NCBI RefSeq assembly: GCF_000281045.1
Contig: NW_008246069.1
Span: 337,955-401,954 of the forward strand
Source of the DNA: Saprolegnia diclina VS20
Taxonomy: Eukaryota
Length of the DNA stretch: 64,000 bases
Direction of reading: 5' to 3'
Each line of letters opens with the position of its first letter. Position 1 is the stretch's first letter. This document shows, one piece after another, positions 55,646 through 64,000 of this stretch. The position numbers and the translations under genes are program-made. The notes under the pieces were generated by a model. That model was not told the DNA's origin, searched no databases, and saw nothing but the letters and a program-made list of their open reading frames with translations.

Positions 55646-55886
55646 TTGAATTTGCTTTGGGATTTGAATTGCGCGTCGTGGATTGGTCAAAAGTCAAGAT
55701 AATGGCCGCGATGCCATTGGCTCGAATACACTCGACGCGGTCGTCGGATTGGATCGCTTGAAATCGGCATGTGCCGATTGTACTCGGGTCGTATCCTCCG
55801 GATAGTCGACGGCTATCCGGATGTTCTAGCCCGTGATATTGGTCGACCAGCGCCCACATAAAGTTTGCGACGTCCGAAGGGCCGAG

Positions 55887-57977
55887 ATGGAGACGCTCAA
55901 GTACGACGAGCTCCTCCGCGCGGGCGAGCCCGGCGCCATGACGATTGCGGCCGCCTGCCTGCGCCTGCAGAAGCTGCTCTCGACGGAGCTCTCGACGCCA
56001 CTGCACCTGCACTCGGTCGAGAGCCGGCGCAAGTTCTTTGCGTTCCTGCCGCGCTTCCTGGATCGCGTCTTTGGCGAAGAGCAAGAAAAGCAAGCGTCGT
56101 CGTCCAAGGTGAGCGCATGGATGACACAGTCGTATGGCGTGCTGCACGAGCCGTCGCCATCGACGTCGGCGGTCGCCAAGCCCGCGACAGGCCCGAACGC
56201 CCATCTCGGCGAGCATGGCCAAGCGCTGGTCCAGCTCTTTGAGACGGCGCTGTACGAGTTCGTCTTCAACATCTCGCACGCCGTGCGTTTTCGCCTCGAC
56301 TTGACGTGCTTGCCCAACCCAGCCCAGGTCGAGATCCGCAACAGCGGCGGCGTACGTCGACCTTCCCACGACCATGGCCCCATCGCATGCTGCATGTAGA
56401 TTCCGCCAATGCAAGCCAAACTCTACTCGACGTCGACGCTGAGCATGAATGGCAAAACGCAGTGCCTCATGGTCCCGATCCAGACGTACTTTCTCTTTAG
56501 CCTCCTCCGGTACCCAGTCTCGACGTCCAAGCTCAAGCGGCCGATCGCGACGCCAACCTCCACGTCCGCGCCGTCCTCCTCGTCTTCGTCCGTAGCCTCG
56601 ACGACCAACTACGCATGGCGGTCGTTCTCGACGAACGGTGTCTCGATGCTCACGGAACGTCACCCGTACAACGTCCTCTTGCAGTACTACCTCTCGACGT
56701 TCTTGCCGCACGGGCCCGAGAAGCTCGGCTTCAAGAGCTCTCAGAAGCAGAGCATGGAGCTCTTCTTATCGCTCCTCATTGAGCTCTGGCTGCGCCAAAA
56801 CCACGTCTTGTACGAAGGTACCGTCGCCAAGGTCCTCGACCAGTACACGCCGCCGACCGACGACGTCCTCAGCGCGCTCCTCCTCACGCTCGTCCATGTG
56901 CTGTCGGACAGCCACATTCCGCTGCTCTTGCATCCGAGCACGCACGTCGTGCTCAAGACGCTCCAAAAGCCATTGTACGACTTTTTTCAAATCGGCTTTT
57001 GCCGCGCGACGCCGTCGACCAACCCGACGTCGTTCTACATGCTGGCCGACGTCTTGCTCGCGTACCTAGCGCCGTGGCAGTGCGTGCAGTGGGCCGCATC
57101 CTCGCCCACTTCGTCGACCTTTTCCGCATCGTACACGCCATATGTGCTCGCGAACCTGCATTTCTACACGGGCCTCTTTGGCGTCTTTGTCACGGCGGCC
57201 CGGGACTTGGAGTGGGACGCCACCAGTCTCGACCTGCTCCGCCGTGCGCTGGACCTCTTCTCGCCCGAACTGCTTGCGCTCCTAACGCGCGCAGCGACCG
57301 AATCGTTGTCGGTCGCCGAAGCACACGTGCTCCAGCGCCACGTCATCGAGTTTGGGGCGACGCCGCCGTCCCTCGCCGACTTTCGGCGCAACGGCGAGCA
57401 CCTCCTCGACAAGATGCAGTACATGAAGGACGTGCACCCGCGCGTCAGCAGCTCGAGTACCTTTTTGAACGCCGTGTTTACGACCTCGGCCGCGACCGCG
57501 TCGCTGGAAAGCCAAATCGACAGCGTTGGCGCGCGCCTCCGCGTCGTCTTGGCCATTCCCGAGACGTACGTCCCCGTCTCGGTCGTGACGACGACCCCGC
57601 TCACGACGTTTTCGCTGGCGTCGCTCAACCCAGCGCGGGACGGCCTCGCGCTCCTCTCGGCCGCCGGGCGCCGCCAAGTCGCCAACGGCCTTCGCCTCTG
57701 CACGACGGACGCGGTGACGTACGTGGGCGACCCGATGCTCAAGCCGATCTCGTCGTACGAGATCCCGTGTCTCGTGCGCCTCTTGTACCGGCTCTCGATG
57801 GCCATCAACGTGCTCTTGGGCTTGCCAAACCCGTACGAAGGCAAGACGACGCTCGACGAGAAGCTGCAGACGCCGACGACCGAGACGTTTCGCGTCAACC
57901 TCCGATTCCTTGCGGCCAAGACCAATGTCGCGTGGCTGCTGCTCTTTCTGCTTGGGACGTATCTGCTGCTGTGGTAA
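55887..57977 (+). CDS. SMPD4: Sphingomyelin phosphodiesterase 4 (nSMase3)-like protein; 2 exons
   Basis: Motifs ELWLRQN, YLAPW, YVLANLHFY, GRRQVANGLRLC, YVGDPMLKPISSYE, RVNLRFLA and a C-terminal TM. Confidence 0.85.
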
Positions 57978-58092
57978 TCTGCCCCTTTCTATATACTACA
58001 TCCGATCGCTTTTGTCTTTTGTATCGACTTGATACGTTGATACTTGATAGGTGGTGTTGGAGAGCAAAATTACACGTTTACGCAGGCGCTTG

Positions 58093-61000
58093 TTACTCGC
58101 TGTCGTTGCTGTCGCTGCTGTCGTCGTCGTCGTCGTCACTGCTCGACGACGAAAAGTACGACGAAGACGACGACGACTGGTACAAGGTTTCCGAGTGGCC
58201 CGAGAGCGCACCGTTGCGGTGGTGCGTCGTCGATGCGGGCGGCGGCGGCGGCGACGGCGCTTTCGGGGGTGGCGGCGGCGTCATCGGCGGCGGCGGCACG
58301 GGACTCGCCGGCTTCTTGGCGTCCGAGTCGCTCGAACTCGAACTACTACTGCTAGAGCTACTGCTGCTGCTACTGCTGATCGTCTTGGTCTTGCGCGGCC
58401 GCGGCGCAACGATGGCCATTGCCGCCTTGGTTTTTGACGTGACGGGCGGCGGCAACGGCGTTATCAGCGGCGCCTTGGCTTGGCGCGCCACCAGCTTCTT
58501 CTTGGCCGGCGTGTCCGACTCGTCGCTGTCCCAGACATCTGGCTTGGCTTTGGGCTTGGGCGGCGCTCGGCGCGCTATCGAGCGCGTCGGCTTGGGCGTC
58601 GGCTTGGGCGGGGCCACGCGCTTTGGCCGGCGAGGCGGCGCATCGCTTGAACTCGAATCGCTCGAATCGTCGTCGCTCGAGTCGTCGTCATCGTCGTCAT
58701 TGTCGCTCGAGGCATCCGACTTGGCATGGTACTCCTCCTCGTCGTCGCTCTTGCTCTTGGCCGCGCTGCTGCGTGTCGCGTCGTCTTCGGCCATGGCGTC
58801 GACGCCGTGCTTCTCGGCCTCGAGGACGTAGCCGGCGCAGACCCGTTCCAGTGCGTTGGCATACTCGACAATCAGCGCGCCCTCCGAGTTGTACGTGCAG
58901 CAGTTGCTCCAGATGAGGTCCATGTCGTGCTTGAAGCTGGTCCACGTCTACAGATCATCGTCGTATCGTCCTCTCTCCCGGCAGTCCACGTACGGCATAG
59001 TAGCTCGCCTTGATTCGCGCCTTGACCGTACCGAGGTCCATCGGATGCTGGATAATGCGCAGGTAGTCCGGACATCCATCGGCGATCGGGTCGACCGGGC
59101 GCGTAAACAGCGGCTACGACGAGACGGACGCGATCACAAAAGAGGCTCATGGAGTAGGATCGCGCGATACCGCTTTTTCTTCCTTGATGATGGCGTCGAC
59201 AAGCGCGAGGCAGACCGTGTGCAGCGGGTACACGGACGACTGGACTTGCGACCAGTCGATCCACGTCGAGACGGAAGAGCTCGAGTGGCTGCGGGTGCTG
59301 CGCGTTCGTCGGTGGCGCCGCGACTCGTCGGCCGACGACCCGCCGTTCTGGTCGTCGTCGTCGTCCCACTCGCGCTGCCGCCGGGACGCGCGGTGCGCCC
59401 TACACAATGCAGATTAAGCAAACCGACCAGATCGAAGCGCAATATTGTACCGCTCCATGGCCAACTTGCGCTTGGCCTGCTCTTCCCGCTGGGCGGGCGT
59501 GAGGCTGCTGTCCGAGCTGTTGCTCGTGCGACGTGCGAGCCGCACGAGGCGCTCCGACGGCTTTTCGTCCCACGACTCGTCCTACTCGATAGGATCAGAT
59601 CGTAGAGGGATACGTGGCAGCACGTACGGCCGAGTCGTCGTGCTCGCTCGTTTGTGATTTGATGCGCGTGGTCGCAATGCGCGACGAGGCTCGGCGCGGA
59701 AGGCTCTGCATCTGCCACAGCAAGTGCTGCTGGTGCTGCTTCTTCTCCATCGCTTCCTGTGCAACCTCGCCCGCCTTGAGGATTTGGATCAAGCGACCCT
59801 TGAGTCTACAGAGCAACGTCGTTTGCGCTCTCCGGACACCAAATGCTTGGTGTACCGCTGCTGGGCGACCGAGCCATCGAGAGCAAACTGCGTGTCGAGC
59901 ACGTGACGCAGGCCGTCGACGGTCATGCTGACAACGCGCCAATTGCTGGGGCCGGACGGCGGATCAGGGAGGCCCATCGCAAGGTTCTCAGCCTCTTGCG
60001 CGTCGCGCTGACGCTTGCGCGTGTTGTACATCTCGAGGAGGTACTTGTACTCGGGCGGGTACGACGAGTGGTGGTGGTGTTTCTTCTTGGAGCTGCTCTT
60101 CTTCTTGGAGCTGTTGCTGCTCGTCGACTTCTTGACTGACGAGCTGCTGCTCTTCTTCTTCGCTTTGGACGACGACGACGACTTGGTCGATGAGGATGAC
60201 TTGGGCTTCTTTCGGTCGACGACCGGCGGCGGCGGTGGCGCTTGGCGCGGCTGCCGGCGGCGTGGCCACCCACGGGCGTCGTTGACGAGGCATTCAAAGC
60301 ACTTCCAGTCGCCATGCGGCTTCTTGAGGAGCGGCGGGTCCAGGAGTGCCATGTCGTAGAGCTTGTTGCAGAGGTGGCAGAGCACATGGGTCTCTGGCGC
60401 GCCGTCGTCGTCCTTGGGCTCCGACTTGGTATTCACTTCTGGGATCGAGGGCAGCGGTGGCTTGACCGCGTCCTCCTCCTGCTCGTTCTCCTCGTGTAGT
60501 CGAGGCTTCTTGGCCGACGACGACGATTTGCGGCTCGACGACTTGCGCCTCGACGCCGACTCGGACGTCGACGACTTCTTCTTCTTCTTCTTCTTCTTCT
60601 TGTCCTTCTTGTCCTTTTTCCGAGACGACGACGAGTCGCGCTTGCGCTTGAGGCTGCCGCCCACGAGAGTCTCGTCGTACTCGTCTGTCGGCAGCGGGAT
60701 CGCCGCCATGCCCTCGTTGTTCTCGATCCCGTACTGCATCGAGATGCGCAGCTTGTGGGGCGTCGCGTACCGCACGTGGCAGTTGACCGATCTACCATCA
60801 CATGCACATCCTTAGGACCTTAGGACCCTCGGGACAAGGACGTACGCCGGAGCGCGCTGCCAAAGCGGCTTGTCTTCGGCGTAGACCCAGCAGCCGTCGT
60901 GAAAGAACCAATAAATAGACCCGTTGTCGTCCTCGCCAAGGGCCTCGGGCCGCTACGTACGTCAGATGCCACCAAGTTGATACATGGCATGCGTACGAGC

Positions 61001-62018
61001 TGGTTGAACTTGTCGTCGTCGTCCTTGTCTTTGCTTGGCGCCGAGAGCGCGGCCACGTGCTTGCGGATGTCGCTGCAAGATTGCAACCGGCCTTCGCAGA
61101 GCCATTGCAAGATGAGCGCCTAGAGGCAGGAGGATGCAGGAGAGAAGAAGATGGAGCGGACCGTACGCGCTCGCGGAGACCAACGTCCTTGTACTCGCCG
61201 GGCATTGGGTTGACGACAAAGTGGCGCTGCCAGTTGTTGCTGTCGCCGAGCTTGCGCTGCAAGATACGCTCCCACTCGTGGCACCTACGTGGCAACATGA
61301 GACATGTGTGCGCCCATACGTGGAGTACATTTTGGCCTTTTCGATCTTTTGGCCCGCGTCGCGACAGAGCCGGTAGTGCACCTCGGCAAGGATCGCATTC
61401 GCAGCGCCCGACGTGACGTCTTCGCCGTGGATGAGCGCCATTTCGAGGTCCTAAGTCCAATTTGACACTCATGAGCGCCGATGGTCAGGACGGGCGTCGC
61501 CGTCGCCATCGTGTCTTCCCGTCCACTCAAACGACGCAGGTCGTATGCGAGCCAGAGCGTCGAAGGTAGAGAGGGGACCGCGACGGATGGGCGGCGCGCG
61601 GTCAGAGGCGGCGACCTACCGTGCGCGAGATCGGCGGGATCTTGAGCACCGCGCCAAACACACGGAGAAAGCTGCAGGCTTGCGCGACTTCGACCATGGA
61701 CCGCAGGATCTCGAGCGGGCCGAGGTGCTCGGGGAGGACCTCGCGCTTCATCGGCAGCGCCGTCGGGCTCGGCGCCGATCCGGTAAAGTTCTTGTAGTCG
61801 ATCTCTTGCTCGCTTCCATCATCATCCGAGCCGCTCCCGCTTCCTTGCGCCTTCTCGTCGTTGGACGTGCTCATGCTGCCGCTGTGGTAGCTCTCGTCGT
61901 CCGAGCCCTTGTCGTCCATCGAGACGTCGCCCTCCGGCGGCGGCGACGGCGGTGATGGCGGCGGACCCGTCGACGGCGTCGCCGCGACCGGCAACCCGCC
62001 TGCGGTGGTGGGCACCAT
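58093..62018 (-). CDS. DDT/WHIM + degenerate PHD + bromodomain chromatin-remodelling subunit (CECR2/RSF1/BAZ-like); multi-exon
   Basis: DDT: FLRVFGAVLKIP..LAEVHYRL. WHIM: LQWLCE, PEALGEDDNGSIYWFF. PHD remnant LCHLC..PPL..PHGDWKCFEC. Bromodomain: PVDP..PDYLRIIQHPMDLGTV..DMDLIWSNCCTYN. Confidence 0.85.
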
Positions 62019-62660
62019 CTATTTTTATTGTCTTTTGCATTTTTATAATTTTCGCCCTCCAAAGCTTATACTGTATTTGCGTCGCTTGCCGTTTGCCGAG
62101 TCGCGAGGCCGTGCCCCGGGGCACACAGAATTTTTCCGCCCATAGAAAAAGACAAAAATGTCATGCAAACCAACGACAGAGAGGAAATAGCAAGTATCGC
62201 AGGAGGTCCATTCTACTCGGCGGCGCTCTTTGTCTCTATTTAGAGGCGCTTGTGACTGACGCTGGACGCGGCCTAGCCATTTCTATGCAGCACGAGGACT
62301 AGGGTAGTGGAGATTCGCAGATAGTACGAGTGCAGTCGGCTCGCTAGAGCCTTTGGCCTCTGGGTAGTGGATAGCCTCTGCATACACCATCTAACTACAT
62401 GTAGTGTTTGGCTACTGAAGGACCTCTGAATGACCTCGGAAGGCCAAGAAGAGCGCCTGGATAGTGTTTGGAGTGACGACTTCGGCTCGCCTCTTGAGTT
62501 GTAGCTCCTGGATTCAATTTTTGGATAGATATTTGGATAGCCTTTTGGATAGGCTTGGAGGGCCTTTTTGGATTTAGCAGCGTTGTCAAAGCAGTATATA
62601 TATATGGTGCGGACGACATTATTGTCTTCATATGCATGCAGATGCGCCGTCGATATGGTC

Positions 62661-64000
62661 TTAGCCCAAGTGCACCTTGTCGTTTCGATCGACGTGGTCA
62701 AAGGTAGTGCGCTTGCCGCGGGGGAATTCGCCGTTGAGCGTCTCCGTTGTCTAGGGCAATATTGTCATCAATCCATTGTTTTGTCGCTACAGCACCTTGT
62801 CGATGTGGTAGTGGTCGAGCTTGACGCGCGACTCGTACGTCTTGGAGCCTTCGTCGCTGAGCGTGCTGCTCATCATCTTGTTGAAGTAGCCGTACGGCGT
62901 GCTCTCAAACGTCCCGCTCGCATAGAGTTTTGTGTCGAGGTTGTCGGCGCGACCTAAGCTCTGTGTCTTGTGCTTGGCGCCCTCCAGTGCGTCGCTCCCA
63001 TCGTGTCGACCTTCGTTCGCAATGGCTTCCTACGCAGCGCTTTTCATTCGGCGCCAGCAACAGAGAAGAAGGGACCTCTTCGTCGCGGTTCCGGATGACG
63101 CGGAGGCTCGGGTCGTCGATCTTGGCCACGTGCTTGACGTACGTGTGGTCGTGCAGCGGGTCGTAGTCGCTCTCGATGATAATGTCGCGGAAGAGACAGC
63201 CTTTCTTGTTGGCCGCGTCCAAGAAGCGCTGGTACGCCTCTTGCTTGTGCTGGTTGAGCGCCTTGGGGTCCTGCATTTGCAAGGTACGACGACGTCGTAT
63301 CGAGAGGGTTGCTATACCATGGCGCGGACTTTGTCGTTGATGGGGACGTTGAGTTTGTTATACACTTTCTCCGTCCACTCGTCGTAGAGACGCAGCTTCT
63401 GCCGCTTCTCCGACTCTTCCTTGAGCACGAGGCGCTCTTCGAGCTCGGACGCGAGGGCCTTGCCTTCCTACAAGGAGAGAATCGTGGGCGCTGCGGAGCT
63501 TAGTAGGATCCCAGTACGTCAATCTCGCTGCGCAGACGTAGATACTTGGCTTCGCGCCGGTTGCGGTCCTTGGCCAAGTTGTCTGCGATTGTGAGCAGCA
63601 GCTTGCGCTGGAGCTCTTCCTGTTCTCTTTGGTACATCTCGTGCTTCATGTGCAGCCGCTTCTACAACCAGAACGAGGTTTGGGATAGCGATGAGATCGG
63701 ACTACGTACTTGGCGCGTCGCAGTCGAGACGTCGGACGTGCTGGTCGAGCCAAGACCACTCGCCTGAACAGCAGGCGGCATGACCACCAGTGAAGCGCAA
63801 CGTTAGTCGGGATCGTACCGACTTGGTCTTCTCAGGGCGCGACGAAGGACTAGAATGTTACTAGTGTTGCGACTAAAGCGACTCGACTGAAATACTACCT
63901 CCGACTGTTCTTGAGCGCATCTTGCTGGAGGTCTTCGAAGAACTCTTTGTGGTAGACGCGAATGCTCATGCTGCCCTCGATATCACGCTGACCCAAGAAT
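62661..64000 (-). CDS. FAM228-like coiled-coil protein, 5' end outside the window; multi-exon
   Basis: KLRLYDEWTEKVY and YQRFLDAANKKGCLFRDIIIESDYDPL. Last exon TTETLNGEFPRGKR..VHLG* ends at 62661. Confidence 0.65.

Noticed and set aside
62518..62580. Short TTGGATAG repeats
   Set aside because: Degenerate minisatellite without spacers or structure.
1..64000. CRISPR array, rRNA, tRNA, intact transposase or RT, prokaryotic operons
   Set aside because: None seen; the intron-rich eukaryotic gene structure explains the window.

Overview
This is eukaryotic, gene-dense (about 60% GC) DNA with many short (about 40-60 nt) GT-AG introns. The gene content points to an oomycete, most likely Saprolegniales (inference): a GPCR-PIP kinase fusion, a mitochondrion-targeted enolase, flagellar genes and Saprolegnia-like LRR/ankyrin relics. 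About 27 protein genes are supported. Housekeeping genes include ENO, HSP60, MCM7, NAA30, ATG5, UBE2K, NDUFA4-like, CCDC115/Vma22, SMPD4, an FHA-RING E3 ligase and a DDT/PHD/bromodomain protein. Flagellar genes include WDR63/IC140, PACRG-like, an NDK-like repeat protein and FAM228-like. Signalling and membrane genes include two anoctamins, a GPCR-PIPK, an RGS-RGS-DENN fusion, an AAAP permease and an S41 peptidase. The least explained items are: (1) a head-to-head pair of paralogous type I membrane proteins with a possible tandem cystatin-like fold; (2) a 58-aa ORF absent from the ORF track with a WPSTTGNPSGG motif; (3) a near-palindromic TATCCGGA(T/C)G motif concentrated just upstream of many start codons; (4) a foldback element containing a long hairpin; (5) a hairpin-dense non-coding stretch near 8.9 kb; (6) unusual domain fusions (RGS-DENN, anoctamin-EF-hand, half-PHD). 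No rRNA, tRNA or CRISPR array was found. All domain calls come from motif recognition by eye, not database searches, and exon boundaries are manual estimates.
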